DNA of 64,000 bases from Candidatus Yanofskybacteria bacterium (GCA_016181175.1 JACOZV010000002.1:64115-128114), one strand, 5' to 3'. Shown: positions 17,509 through 29,571, counted from the stretch's first letter. Translations and numbers: made by a program. The notes: generated by a model from the letters alone, not told the origin.

Positions 17509-18577
17509 TTATTCCTCCGCCTAGAGCTTCTTGACCACGATAAAATACGGCTGATTGGCCTGGCGTTACAGCTTTGGCGGGATTTTTGAAACTCACAGTC
17601 AATCCTTTACCATCGGCAGTAATTGTTGCCGGAAGTGATTTACTGCGGTACCTGATTTTAACAAATACTTTTGCGGGTAATTTGGGTTTGTCGGTGACCC
17701 AACTTAGTTTTGTAACTCGCGTATTTTTAGATAGGAGTTCTTTATCACCTGTTTGTTTGGCCACATAAATAATATTTTTTTTGATGTTTTTACTGACTAC
17801 AAAATAAGGTCCTTGCCCGTCCTTTATGTCTAGACCGTGACGTTGGCCAATAGTGTAATAAAAAACGCTGTCATGCTGGCCAAGAATTTTACCTGTTTCA
17901 GACAATATAATATTTCCCGGTTTAGGCTTTATGTAATTTTTCAAAAACTCTTTCATATCCAACTGGCCCACAAAGCAAACGCCCTGACTATCTTTTTTAT
18001 TGTGATTGGGCAATCCGAATTTTTTAGCTAATTTTCTGACTTCCGGCTTTGTATAATCTCCAATTGGGAAAAGGCAATATTTTAATCGTTTTTGTGTTAG
18101 CGTCCATAAAAAGTAAGACTGGTCTTTGTTTTGGTCTTTGGCAGTACGTAGCACGTAGTCCGCAGTATGTGACTTACTACGTTCTGTCTTTCTGATATAG
18201 TGTCCTGTCGCAATATAATCCGCTCCTTCGGCCAATGCTTTTTTGAGGAATAAGCCAAATTTGATTTCCTTATTGCACATTACATCGGGATTGGGGGTTG
18301 TGCCTGTGCGGTAAGAGTTAATCATGTAACTAACGACTTCTTTTTCATATTCTTTTGAAAAATCCCAAGTTTTAAACTCGATGCCGATTTTTGAAGCCAC
18401 CCTCATGGCGTCTCTCCTGTCCTGTTCCCAGTTGCAGTAATTGGAAGCTGGCGGAGCCCATGGTTTAAAAAAGACCCCAGTCACATTATGGCCTTGTTTT
18501 TTTAAGAGTGCAGCCGCGACAGAAGAGTCTACGCCTCCCGACATTGCCACATAAACTTTGATTTTAGCTACTTTCAT
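17501..18577 (-). CDS. mnmA: tRNA-specific 2-thiouridylase MnmA
   Basis: AMSGGVDSS, TPNPDVMCN, ATGHY, KDQSYFL, TPGQSAVFY. Confidence 0.97.
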   Translation of the reverse strand: MKVAKIKVYVAMSGGVDSSVAAALLKKQGHNVTGVFFKPWAPPASNYCNWEQDRRDAMRVASKIGIEFKTWDFSKEYEKEVVSYMINSYRTGTTPNPDVMCNKEIKFGLFLKKALAEGADYIATGHYIRKTERSKSHTADYVLRTAKDQNKDQSYFLWTLTQKRLKYCLFPIGDYTKPEVRKLAKKFGLPNHNKKDSQGVCFVGQLDMKEFLKNYIKPKPGNIILSETGKILGQHDSVFYYTIGQRHGLDIKDGQGPYFVVSKNIKKNIIYVAKQTGDKELLSKNTRVTKLSWVTDKPKLPAKVFVKIRYRSKSLPATITADGKGLTVSFKNPAKAVTPGQSAVFYRGQEALGGGIIK

Positions 18578-18651
18578 AATTAAATTATTTTACAACTTTT
18601 AATTAATTTTGTCACTTTATGCAAAATAAAACGGCTGTTTGCCGCTTTTTG

Positions 18652-18840
18652 TTACTCTTTCTGGTTGTGGCAGTTTTTTAAATGATCGTCTGTAGAGCCA
18701 TGCCTTATATCCCTTCCACAAAGTCCGCACCTAGAACAGCAGGCCATCACGTGTTTAATCATATTACTACTCCTATGGCAACCGCACCAGCATTGGTGCG
18801 GACATGATCCAGTAGCACAAACTAATGATTCTTCAGACAT
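18652..18840 (-). CDS. small Cys/His-rich protein
   Basis: 62 aa with 10 Cys; SD-like leader and terminator hairpin. Confidence 0.5.
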   Translation of the reverse strand: MSEESLVCATGSCPHQCWCGCHRSSNMIKHVMACCSRCGLCGRDIRHGSTDDHLKNCHNQKE

Positions 18841-19003
18841 TCATACCCCTGTTTTTTTAAACATCTTTAACTCCAGTTAAATTATAGTAATTTTTGGAAA
18901 CAACAACAAGACCTTGCATTTCTTTTGGGTTTATGTTATAATGATTTTGGTCGAATTAAAACAGATTATATATAGTCTATTTGAACAAAATACAAATTAT
19001 GAA

Positions 19004-19114
19004 TCCCGTTAGAAACAGCCCTAGCGGGTTCATAAAGATAAAGTATATTTTTAACAAGCCAGTACGGTAAAATATAAGCCAAACTTATGTTTTACTGTTA
19101 CTGTCTCTAACGGG
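19004..19114. mobile_element. CCCGTTAG miniature element, copy 3
   Basis: ATGAA-TCCCGTTAGAAACAG...CTGTCTCTAACGGG-ATGAA; the right repeat is the start codon of the next gene. Confidence 0.8.
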
Positions 19115-19312
19115 ATGAAAACTTTAACATGCAAGGATTTAGATCCTACTTTGGCTTGTGATTATAAAGCCACGGGTATGGATGAAACAGAGGTCATGCA
19201 AAACATGATGACTCATGCCAGAGAAGCTCACGCCGACAAAGTCGGCGGCCTGACAGATGAGCAAATGACTGATATGATGACGCCGCACATCAAAGATGAA
19301 GCTGCGATGTAA
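19115..19312 (+). CDS. DUF1059-like small metal-binding protein
   Basis: MKTLTCKDL...CDY...EVM...HAREAH. Confidence 0.8.
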   Translation: MKTLTCKDLDPTLACDYKATGMDETEVMQNMMTHAREAHADKVGGLTDEQMTDMMTPHIKDEAAM

Positions 19313-19359
19313 TCTCAAATCAAAACCCGCCGATGAGGCGGGTTTTGATTTGAGATTAC
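19309..19359. terminator. bidirectional terminator with 23-bp perfect stem
   Basis: GTAATCTCAAATCAAAACCCGCC-GATGA-exact reverse complement; contains both convergent stop codons. Confidence 0.8.
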
Positions 19360-20636
19360 AAACTATTACCAATATCTGCAAAAAGATTTAAATTTTTGAT
19401 TGCCTGGAATTTTTTTAAATAATTTAAGGTTTCCAGCCTGAATATTTTCGTGGTTTGCGGAAAATCTAATTGTCTGCTTAACCATGCCAGGCCATATTTA
19501 TTAACCGATTTAATTACTCTGCCTGGCCCGCCATTGTAAGTAGCGGCTAACATTTCTTCGGTAATGCCAAAGGATTTTATAACATCCTGTCTTGTTGTTT
19601 TATCTGCTATTTCTTTCCTGTGGCTGTCAAAAAAAAGTACCATTGCTTTGATTGCGTTAATATGATTCGCCATACCCGAATTATAGTTTTTGATTAATTT
19701 TGCTTTTGGATATCTACTTACCATGTTGTCATATGTTGATTTAATAAACTGGGCCAATCCGGATGCTCCGGCCGGAGAGCCGGTATAACGGTAAGCAAGC
19801 TCTTGGTTGGCTCCGATTACTGCAAGTACGCGCTCGCTTAATTCCTGCCCGCCGTCTGTAGCACTTGAAAAAGAATCGGGGTCAACATGCTCAACAACGA
19901 TGATGTTTCTTACTAAGTCTTTACTTATGTTTTTCGTTACTAATGTTCCGGGTAGGAATCGAGACGTAACTTTATCTGTTTCTAATTCTGCGAAAGCTTG
20001 GTCAATATTTTTCTCGAGGTATATTTTACCAGTCTCAATAGTTTCAACTATATGAAGCCGTTTGGAATAAGGGGCGTAAACTATATCCGTGTACTGACTT
20101 TTTGATTTTTCCGGCAAACTAGCGAGATATTTGCTAGGAAAAAGGTATTTATTGGCTACCACAATTAATTTTGGATGATCCGGTATCTCATAAAAAGTGT
20201 TAAAACTGTTCCACCATTTTACGTTGATGTTGATTTTTTTATCGTTATTAATCGGCGCAATGTAGCACGTCACGCAGGGTTCAAGCGTGATAACTCCGGT
20301 TTTTTTATAATTTTTAATATCTTGCTCCCTGACCCATACTCTTTGTTCAAAAATATCGCCGCTTTCGGTGTCTAATAGCGCAAACGCTATTTGTTTTCGT
20401 ACCAGTTCGCTGGTTGGTTTTTTATTTTTGGTTTCAAAAATAAGAGGCGGCGACTTCCTCAATAAATCCATTCCTTCTTGGATTTTTTGTAAAATAGAAA
20501 AACGGGGCGCATGACCAGCAGGAAGTATTACGGCCGGTTTGTTTATAACCGTTATTTCTCCGGCATAATCAAAATTTATCCAGCCAAAAAAACCTGAAAG
20601 CATTACTGCCGCTACTAAAAAATAAAAATACCTCAT
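19356..20636 (-). CDS. exported lytic-transglycosylase-like protein
   Basis: Signal/TM N-terminus; VVEH, SPAGASGLAQF and ATYNGGPGRV SLT-like motifs. Confidence 0.7.
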   Translation of the reverse strand: MRYFYFLVAAVMLSGFFGWINFDYAGEITVINKPAVILPAGHAPRFSILQKIQEGMDLLRKSPPLIFETKNKKPTSELVRKQIAFALLDTESGDIFEQRVWVREQDIKNYKKTGVITLEPCVTCYIAPINNDKKININVKWWNSFNTFYEIPDHPKLIVVANKYLFPSKYLASLPEKSKSQYTDIVYAPYSKRLHIVETIETGKIYLEKNIDQAFAELETDKVTSRFLPGTLVTKNISKDLVRNIIVVEHVDPDSFSSATDGGQELSERVLAVIGANQELAYRYTGSPAGASGLAQFIKSTYDNMVSRYPKAKLIKNYNSGMANHINAIKAMVLFFDSHRKEIADKTTRQDVIKSFGITEEMLAATYNGGPGRVIKSVNKYGLAWLSRQLDFPQTTKIFRLETLNYLKKFQAIKNLNLFADIGNSL

Positions 20637-21946
20637 AAATTTTGTTCAATAATTGCAGCTTTTCTTTGGACGCTATTAGCATAATTGACACAACCTGATT
20701 TTGTGCTTGCACTATTTCCGCAGTAATATCTTTTTGATGCGGCTATTTCACCGGCCCGAGTTTTACTGTCAGCTCCGTCGCGAGCAAGCTTGGCTGCCGC
20801 CGCAACAAATGCGTCTTCTATGCTCCAGGGATTCGCAGGATTATGACCGGTCAGTCTGGATACTTCTTCCCTATATCCCATCCAGGTAGACGGAATAAAC
20901 TGGGCCGGACCCATGGCGCCTCCCCAACTAGAGCCGCATGAAATAGGGGTTTGAAAAGGATCTTTACCTAGTTCCGTGGTAATATTTAGAAATAAAGCAA
21001 GGTCTCTTGTTGGATGTATGCCCTTAGTGTAGATTTGGCCATTTGTAATCCTGCGCGTAGAACCGCTTGTCTTGTCGATTATATAACATTTCCCGACATT
21101 GCCTCCTAGCACGCTTTCCTGTTCAAGTTCAGCAAGTAAAAAAGCTGGACGGATGCCTGCTCCTATGGCGGCAAGATTACCATATTTGATTGCTTCTTCT
21201 ACTGAAATGCCATTTTGTATCAAGTATCCAATCTGGTCTTTTATTGCTTGAATATCTTTTTGGGATTTTTTCACTAATTCCTGGTATTTTGACTCCTGAC
21301 CCTTGGTATCTTTTAAGAGCTTGTTTTTTTGATTTTTTGTTTGATCTAGAGTATTCTTTTCCGCCTGTTCAAGATTTTTTAATTTTTCAAGATCATTTTT
21401 TTTACTGAGCAAAGCTTCCTCTTTTTGTTCCAGGTCAGCTTTGAGGTCTTTGGTGCCGACGATTGTTGTCCGTAAATTATTTTGAGTGTCCTGTAGATTT
21501 TTTAAATTATCAAAAAAATTGGAGAGCGTCGCGTGCTTGAGAAGCACCTCGGTGAGATTTTCCTGGTCAGCCTGATAAAGTATTCTGATATATTTAGCCA
21601 GAGCAATTTTGTGAGTATTAAGTTTGCCTTGAGCAATTTCAATTTGTTCCTGTGTGTTGGCGGTTTCTATGCCGGTCTGCACAATGGCTATTCCAAGGCT
21701 TTTGATTTCAAGTTGGACCTTGTTTATTTGGGCGTTAAGACTGCTTATCTCACCGGACAAAGTTCTTGCCTTCTGACTGTTTGCGTCAATCTGTCGCTGG
21801 TATTCGTCAATCTGGCGCTGTATTTCTTCAATTTGTCGATTTCGCGCGTCAATTTCTTCCTGTAAGTCGGCGCTGGTATCTGAAAATGGCCAAAAAATGG
21901 CCAATAGCAACATGATAACTGACAAAATAATAACCCTTTGGGTCAT
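20633..21946 (-). CDS. coiled-coil plus lytic murein transglycosylase
   Basis: Signal peptide, long CwlO/PcsB-like coiled coil, LEQES, GGAMGPAQFIPSTW. Confidence 0.85.
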   Translation of the reverse strand: MTQRVIILSVIMLLLAIFWPFSDTSADLQEEIDARNRQIEEIQRQIDEYQRQIDANSQKARTLSGEISSLNAQINKVQLEIKSLGIAIVQTGIETANTQEQIEIAQGKLNTHKIALAKYIRILYQADQENLTEVLLKHATLSNFFDNLKNLQDTQNNLRTTIVGTKDLKADLEQKEEALLSKKNDLEKLKNLEQAEKNTLDQTKNQKNKLLKDTKGQESKYQELVKKSQKDIQAIKDQIGYLIQNGISVEEAIKYGNLAAIGAGIRPAFLLAELEQESVLGGNVGKCYIIDKTSGSTRRITNGQIYTKGIHPTRDLALFLNITTELGKDPFQTPISCGSSWGGAMGPAQFIPSTWMGYREEVSRLTGHNPANPWSIEDAFVAAAAKLARDGADSKTRAGEIAASKRYYCGNSASTKSGCVNYANSVQRKAAIIEQNL

Positions 21947-21988
21947 AGGGTTATTATAACAAATTCAGGATAAGTTTTTAAGTGTAAA

Positions 21989-22414
21989 TTAAGGATTGAT
22001 CACAATCTGACCGTTAACGGATGGTTTGAGGTGATCGTGCCAAGGACAAGTTTTGGCTTCGTTGAAAGTAAAAGAATACGACTCGCCGTTGTTTATGCCG
22101 TGAAGCGCGTCAAAGCCGGGGCAAATTTGGTGTGTCGGGTGCATGCCCGATGCTGGCCAGTGCGGAATACTATTGTCATTGATAAATTTAATCGTGTCAC
22201 CAACTTTTATATTAATCGTGTTTGGAGTAGCCGTCCCGTTAGTAAAAGTGATAATGACGGTTTGACTTGATGGCATTATACTAACCGTCGGGGTGGTATT
22301 TGCGCTGGTCATAGGCATTTCGGTCGTATCCGGCGCGATTGTAGGTTTTTGCTTTAAAATTAAAACAGCCAATACTAGACCAATTCCTATCACAATTATT
22401 AGTGCAGTTTTCAT
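21989..22414 (-). CDS. membrane-anchored cupredoxin-like protein
   Basis: IKVGDTIKFIN, HWPAS.MHPTH, YSFTF...WHDHL. Confidence 0.75.
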   Translation of the reverse strand: MKTALIIVIGIGLVLAVLILKQKPTIAPDTTEMPMTSANTTPTVSIMPSSQTVIITFTNGTATPNTINIKVGDTIKFINDNSIPHWPASGMHPTHQICPGFDALHGINNGESYSFTFNEAKTCPWHDHLKPSVNGQIVINP

Positions 22415-22462
22415 TATTATAGATTAGCATGAAACAATACAAAATGCTAATCTGATTATACT

Positions 22463-23842
22463 GTGATTATAAAAATAAAAAAATATCTTTTTGGATCAAT
22501 TTTCCGACGCGGCGCAACACTTTTGACGTTCTTAACCTTGGGCAGTTACGTCCTCGGATTGTTGCGGGACATATTGTTTGCAAGAGTTTTTGGCGCTTCG
22601 CGCTTACTGGACGTTTATAACGCGGCTTTTATTATTCCCGACCTTCTTCTAAATATATTTGTTGCCGGTGCCTTGACGGCGGCATTTGTTCCCATATTCA
22701 CCCACCTTTATGCCCACAATGAGGATGCTGAAGCTGAAAAAGTCGCGACCACAATGCTGGTTGCCGCGCCGTTCATTCTCTTGATTTTAGCCATTCCGGT
22801 TTTTATTTTTATGCCGCGTTTGGCAGACATCATTACTCCCGGATTCGCTTTTGAGGATAAAGAATTGTTAGTGTTAATGGCACGTCTTTTATTGCTGTCA
22901 CCTATAATTTTTGCCGTTTCCAATACGTTGGGCAATATTCTCATTTCTTTTGAAAGATTTTGGGGTTATGGGCTAGCGCCAATTTTTTATAACCTGGGTA
23001 TTATTATCGGCATTCCGCTTGCCAAAATGTTCGGGCCACTAGGTTTAATTGAAGGCGTAATTATAGGAGCATTATTACATCTTGCTGTTCGTTGGACCGA
23101 CATCGCGAAGAGCCGTTTTCAGTGGAGATTTACGACTCGCCCCGCACCACAATCTTCATGGATTTCAAGATTGTGGTGCGGGGTACAATGGCGCCATCCT
23201 GAATTCCGTAAAATTCTCAAGCTTATGATTCCACGCATGGCCGGTCAGCCGATTGAGCAAGTTACTTTTTTCATTTTTACAAATATAGCTTCAACATTGG
23301 CCGTAGGTTCAATTGTGGTGTTGAGTTTTGCCCGTAATTTTCAAAGCGTTCCAGTTAGCTTGTTTGGCATAGCATTTTCTACTGCTGTTTTTTCTTCTCT
23401 TGCCAAAAAAGCCGCCCTTGGAGATCGGGTCGGCTTTTTATACCATTTACGCGAAACTGCTAAAGTTTTGGGGATCATGACTGGCTTATCCGTTTTATTT
23501 TTCTTTTTCTTTGGGGAATGGGTAGTGCGCCTACTTCTTGGCGGCGGTCGTTTCCTTGAATCAGATGTGTTACGCACCGGCCAGCTCCTTGCCATCTTTG
23601 CTTTCGCAATCCCAGCCGAGAGCTTCATGCACCTCATCGCCCGCTCATTTTACGCGCTTAAGGATACCTGGACTCCGCTTTTTGTTACCCTGCCGGGCTT
23701 GGCCATAATTGCTATCTTGGCTAAATTACTGCTTCCCGTTATGTCACTTAATGCATTGCCGTTTAGCTATTTTATAGTGCTTACTGTTGAGGTGGGGCTA
23801 TTAACTTTGATACTCTTACAGAAACTGCGCAGATTAAACTGA
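22463..23842 (+). CDS. murJ: lipid II flippase MurJ
   Basis: LGLLRD...FGA...DVYNAAF.IPD...GALTAAFVP; multi-TM. Confidence 0.9.
   Translation: MIIKIKKYLFGSIFRRGATLLTFLTLGSYVLGLLRDILFARVFGASRLLDVYNAAFIIPDLLLNIFVAGALTAAFVPIFTHLYAHNEDAEAEKVATTMLVAAPFILLILAIPVFIFMPRLADIITPGFAFEDKELLVLMARLLLLSPIIFAVSNTLGNILISFERFWGYGLAPIFYNLGIIIGIPLAKMFGPLGLIEGVIIGALLHLAVRWTDIAKSRFQWRFTTRPAPQSSWISRLWCGVQWRHPEFRKILKLMIPRMAGQPIEQVTFFIFTNIASTLAVGSIVVLSFARNFQSVPVSLFGIAFSTAVFSSLAKKAALGDRVGFLYHLRETAKVLGIMTGLSVLFFFFFGEWVVRLLLGGGRFLESDVLRTGQLLAIFAFAIPAESFMHLIARSFYALKDTWTPLFVTLPGLAIIAILAKLLLPVMSLNALPFSYFIVLTVEVGLLTLILLQKLRRLN
23140..23183. repeat. in-frame palindrome in murJ
   Basis: 17-bp perfect stem CCCCGCACCACAATCTT/AAGATTGTGGTGCGGGG; encodes RPAPQSSWISRLWCG. 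Confidence 0.8.
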
Positions 23843-23846
23843 AATT

Positions 23847-24629
23847 TTAATTGGGATAAACAACGACAATGGTTTTTCTGCCAGTTTTAACGTATTCTTC
23901 CGGGTTTGCAACATCCCAGCCGTCACCTCCGGTAGGAGCATCGTGAATTGCATTAAATAAAACCTCGTCATCGTAAACATAATTCTGCCCTCGTTTTGTT
24001 CCTACGTCATTAGTAATAAAATCGCCGTCTTTGGTGACGCCTTTGATTACAAGCATATGATAAACAGGTCCAGGCTGGCGATAATAAGGATTTCCAGCCA
24101 TTTGCCCGGCAAGTGGCACTATAACAGGCCTGCCGGCCAGAATATGCGATTTAATGGTTTCTATAGATATATCATTCAAGACATCTACCTTTTTATAACC
24201 AAAATATTCACGCAACATTATTGATGTTTCTTTTGCGGTGGTATGAAAGTAATAACCGAATCTCTTTTTCTGCCATTCAACCAGTTTGAGTATCTCTTTG
24301 TCTGCAATTTCGGGCGTAATCGTTTCATTTTTATAAAATTTGTCCACCAAAATCGCCGAAGTTTCTTCGCACGACTCTTGATAGGGCAAACTCCAGTCGG
24401 CATATGGTGCCTGTGGTGAAAACGGCACGGCAAGATTTATGCCAGCAAAATCAATAATGGTTCCTGAAGGTGAGACCAAAGGAGTTTGGGTTATAACAAT
24501 TCTTGTTTCTTCTGGCAAACTTTGTTTTTTAACAAAATCACTAAAAGTCGGCCAAAATAGATGTTTAAAGGAAATAAACGCAAAAACCGCTAAGATAAAA
24601 ATTGTGGCAAACAAGATGTATTTTTTCAT
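23847..24629 (-). CDS. peptidase C39-like protein
   Basis: VPFSPQAP...QESCEE (Cys), YHMLVIKG (His), ITNDVG. Confidence 0.75.
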   Translation of the reverse strand: MKKYILFATIFILAVFAFISFKHLFWPTFSDFVKKQSLPEETRIVITQTPLVSPSGTIIDFAGINLAVPFSPQAPYADWSLPYQESCEETSAILVDKFYKNETITPEIADKEILKLVEWQKKRFGYYFHTTAKETSIMLREYFGYKKVDVLNDISIETIKSHILAGRPVIVPLAGQMAGNPYYRQPGPVYHMLVIKGVTKDGDFITNDVGTKRGQNYVYDDEVLFNAIHDAPTGGDGWDVANPEEYVKTGRKTIVVVYPN

Positions 24630-25585
24630 TTTATTGGGTTTGTTTTTTTAAAATTTTCAATCATAGAAATATCACTGGGGTCTGTGCCGTAGTCTTTGGC
24701 AAGAAAGTACGAGGTCCACATGGCGGTCAGTACGCTAGCGAATGATTTGTGCCACAAAGACGGGCCGGTAACACTGGCCGCCAGAATAGTGAATCCCCTA
24801 TCCTCAAAAATTTTCTTTGTTGCCGTTATTCTTTTTTGAATTTGGGGTGCATCGTCGGGGTCATCAAGAAAAATAAAAGCAAAATCTTGGTTTAATTTGC
24901 CGCTGAATCCTACCATTTCGTTATGATTTAGCTCCGGCACAAAATTATAAAATGCCGGAATTTTAGCCGTTTCATTAAAACTGATTTTCCAATACCTTGC
25001 CAATCCGGCATTTGTCCCTGAAGAATAAATGAGAGGCATTTTATCTTGTAATTTTTCTGCCAATTTTTTACCTATTGTTTCATAATCTTCAGTAATAAGA
25101 GATTCGACCAGTTCGCTCATATCATTCAGTATAGATTCTTCACCCATAGCTTTAAGTGTTGCTCTAATACTATAGCCAATCGCAAAACGCGGATTATTAT
25201 TAATTGAAGGAAAATTAATGTATGGGACATTGTTTTTTTGCGCTAGTTCCAATAATTTGCCGCCCGTTGCAATCACAATTAAAGGCAATTTTCTCGCCAG
25301 AGCTTCTTCAAAACCAGATATCGTTTCTTCCGTGTTGCCTGAATAAGAACTCGCTATAACCAGATAATCTTTTAATTCAGTTTCTTTAATATCTGGTAAT
25401 CCGTAATCCCTATGAATAATAATATCCAGCTTGGGCTTCCAGCTTTTGATAATTCCCGTCGCCAAATTAGACCCGCCCATCCCGCAGATAATGTATTTAT
25501 CATGTTTCTGAAAACTGCCGGCGTTTTCAATAAGCGGTTCGTAATCTAGTTGTTGCGGCAAGTTTTTGATTATTTCTTTTAACAT
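24626..25585 (-). CDS. bifunctional phosphoglucose/phosphomannose isomerase (SIS)
   Basis: CGMGGS, SSYSGNTEET, NETAK, PELNHNE. Confidence 0.9.
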   Translation of the reverse strand: MLKEIIKNLPQQLDYEPLIENAGSFQKHDKYIICGMGGSNLATGIIKSWKPKLDIIIHRDYGLPDIKETELKDYLVIASSYSGNTEETISGFEEALARKLPLIVIATGGKLLELAQKNNVPYINFPSINNNPRFAIGYSIRATLKAMGEESILNDMSELVESLITEDYETIGKKLAEKLQDKMPLIYSSGTNAGLARYWKISFNETAKIPAFYNFVPELNHNEMVGFSGKLNQDFAFIFLDDPDDAPQIQKRITATKKIFEDRGFTILAASVTGPSLWHKSFASVLTAMWTSYFLAKDYGTDPSDISMIENFKKTNPIK

Positions 25586-25663
25586 AATTTAATTTTATCA
25601 AAATTATTGAAAAGTAAAAGGGGCAACCAGTTGTCGGTTGCCCCTTAAGGGAAAATGCAGAAA

Positions 25664-27298
<1,635 letters not shown>

Positions 27299-27371
27299 TT
27301 AATTTCCAATTTTTAATTTTTAAACATTAGAAATTATTTATAAAATTATAAAATTAAAAATTATAAAAAAA

Positions 27372-27659
27372 TTATTCTATAATCGCTAATATGTTTTCTT
27401 CTTTTGCTATCAAGTATTCCTTGCTGTCAATTTTAATCTCGTCGGGTCCGTATTTGGTAAATAAAACTTTGTCGCCTTTTTTGACGTTCATTTGAATTTT
27501 TTTGCCACTCTCATCCATGCGTCCCGATCCGACTGCAATTATTCGGCCTTTTTCCGGTCGTTCCTTGTCTACGGTTTCAGGTAAAATAATCCCGCCCTTC
27601 TTTTTTTCTTCATAAAGCGGTTCTATTAGAACGCGGTCTCCCAATGGTTTAATTTTCAT
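27372..27659 (-). CDS. groS: co-chaperonin GroES
   Basis: MKIKPLGDRV...GGIILP...VKKGDKV. Confidence 0.98.
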   Translation of the reverse strand: MKIKPLGDRVLIEPLYEEKKKGGIILPETVDKERPEKGRIIAVGSGRMDESGKKIQMNVKKGDKVLFTKYGPDEIKIDSKEYLIAKEENILAIIE

Positions 27660-27666
27660 GCAAATT

Positions 27667-27766
27667 TGTCAAAGCGCGGTGGAGCGTAGCGGAACGAGCA
27701 TCGGCTAACAAATTAATATCATCTGTTACCATGCTCGGCTTCGCTATGCTTGTCTGCGCGTGGACA
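27667..27766. repeat. 100-bp imperfect hairpin in the groES 5' leader
   Basis: TGTC..GCGC..AGCGTAGCGGA..CGAGCAT..TAACA paired with TGTTA..ATGCTCG..TTCGCTATGCT..GCGC..GACA. Confidence 0.6.
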
Positions 27767-27771
27767 GCTAT

Positions 27772-27798
27772 TTAGCACTTAAGGCTCTAAAGTGCCAA
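27772..27798. promoter_or_regulatory. CIRCE element (HrcA operator)
   Basis: TTAGCACTT-N9-AAGTGCCAA versus consensus TTAGCACTC-N9-GAGTGCTAA; upstream of groESL, next to a TATAGT box. Confidence 0.85.
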
Positions 27799-27858
27799 TA
27801 CACTATAATTGCAAAAAACAAAAACCCCGTCAAGGGGTCTTATTTATTTGCTGCAGTT

Positions 27859-29571
27859 TCAAAAAATCCAGAATTTTTTCTTATTTTTTATTTTTTGTTC
27901 TGCAACTTTTGGAGTAAATTCTACTTCTCCTTTTATGAGATGTGCATTGTCCGGCAGTTCAATTTTTGCCAATATTTCAATTTCGTATTTTATCGGCTTG
28001 CTTGTCCAGACATTCCTCTTTTCGTCAGATTCTACCGGCAGTTCGTCCAGAGATAGATTACTGGCGGTAGCCGGTATTTTGGCGTCTATGTTTGGGGGTT
28101 TTGTGACGCTTGAGCCAAATATTAGCTGGATATTTAAGACAGGCGACTCGTTAGGCTTAACTTTTTCGGGGTCGGCATAGTATACATAAAGCGCGTTTCT
28201 GTCAGAAATTTTATTTAGCAATTCAACGCTTTCTGGTTTCGGTTTTAAATAAGGCAAGATTTTGGCTGCCAATTCATCGCCACTAGTGATATGTAATTCT
28301 TTGTCCAAATATTTCTGATCTAAAACCAGTAAATTCTTAGAAGTCCACTCTTCGTCGCCCACGGCAACTATAGAAAACTCCAGCGCTATCTTGTCATTTG
28401 CCCTTTCTGTTTTTACCAGTGTTGCTTTCTGAAGTTCAAGAGTTTTGTATTTTGGTCTTGTTTTTAATGTTATGCGTATATTTTCAACAACAGGATTCAA
28501 ATCTTCTTCCGTAAGCATTTTGACGACAGAGCCTACGGTAGTTCCTGTTCCGGTGGCACCCGTATAGTAGATTTGTGCTAGGCCGGTAGTATCTATGCGA
28601 ACTTCGGCGTCAACATCCAACAGCCTGTCTATCAACTGCACATCGCGCATTATTACCGACGCGATGTTTCCATTTGTGCGCGGTGTGTATGCAAAAAAAT
28701 ATTGGCTTACCATTTTTCTTGAAAAATAATTTTCTAAAACCACATCCATTTCAAAAAATTTTGGCATAATACCCAGTTTGGCAGCTTGACCATATGGGCT
28801 TTCAAGAAATACCGTTCCTAGCATCGGTCCGATCGGCTCAATAATTTTTGAAGATATGCTTTGTTGCGGAATTGATGCGAGGACCCTGGCTTTCCAGAAC
28901 GGGAGTGCGGTAACACCCGCTGGATTGGCACGATGCCCCAAGGTAAATAAAAAGTTTTTATTTTGAGGAAAGGCCAGTGTTACTGTTCCGCCACCGCACG
29001 ATGCACTACTACCCCAGTAATCACAAAAAGCGTACATTTCGCCGGCGTTAATTTCGTTTATGGCCGGCTCTAGAGTTAAAAAGCGCGTGGATGGCGGTTC
29101 TTGGATAAGTTTGTTCGGTAGTCTGACAACTTCCGGTCTAAACCCGACCATCAGTTCAATCGGCGTAACCAGAGCATAAGATTTTTTTTGAAACGTTGGC
29201 GCCGCGGCTATGGCGCCGATAACCCTGCCCTTAATGTATAAAGGGCTTCCGGACATGCCCTGCAAAACAGCGGCTTCTTTTATAATTTCATTGCCGTCAC
29301 TGTCCTTAGGACCGCCTGAAAGTAAAACTAAAATATAATAATGGTCGTCCCAAGTGCTGTGTATGTCTACGACGTCAAAATCAAATTTTTCAGCTTCTAT
29401 ACCGCGAAATACGGTTAAACCGTAACCCTTGTCACCCGGTTTGATCTGGTTTAAGGGCAAGATTTCTTGTGCTTGAATAAAAGGTGAAAATGACAAAAAT
29501 AGAATTAAGATAAAAGCTAAAAATAATAGCAAGAATCTGTAGAAACTTGCTCTCAAAGACATTGTTGGCAT
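27859..29571 (-). CDS. exported SpoIVB/S55-like serine peptidase
   Basis: Signal peptide; IKPGDKGYGLTVFRG; QGMSGSPLYI.GRVIGAIA; TPIELM. Confidence 0.8.
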   Translation of the reverse strand: MPTMSLRASFYRFLLLFLAFILILFLSFSPFIQAQEILPLNQIKPGDKGYGLTVFRGIEAEKFDFDVVDIHSTWDDHYYILVLLSGGPKDSDGNEIIKEAAVLQGMSGSPLYIKGRVIGAIAAAPTFQKKSYALVTPIELMVGFRPEVVRLPNKLIQEPPSTRFLTLEPAINEINAGEMYAFCDYWGSSASCGGGTVTLAFPQNKNFLFTLGHRANPAGVTALPFWKARVLASIPQQSISSKIIEPIGPMLGTVFLESPYGQAAKLGIMPKFFEMDVVLENYFSRKMVSQYFFAYTPRTNGNIASVIMRDVQLIDRLLDVDAEVRIDTTGLAQIYYTGATGTGTTVGSVVKMLTEEDLNPVVENIRITLKTRPKYKTLELQKATLVKTERANDKIALEFSIVAVGDEEWTSKNLLVLDQKYLDKELHITSGDELAAKILPYLKPKPESVELLNKISDRNALYVYYADPEKVKPNESPVLNIQLIFGSSVTKPPNIDAKIPATASNLSLDELPVESDEKRNVWTSKPIKYEIEILAKIELPDNAHLIKGEVEFTPKVAEQKIKNKKKFWIF

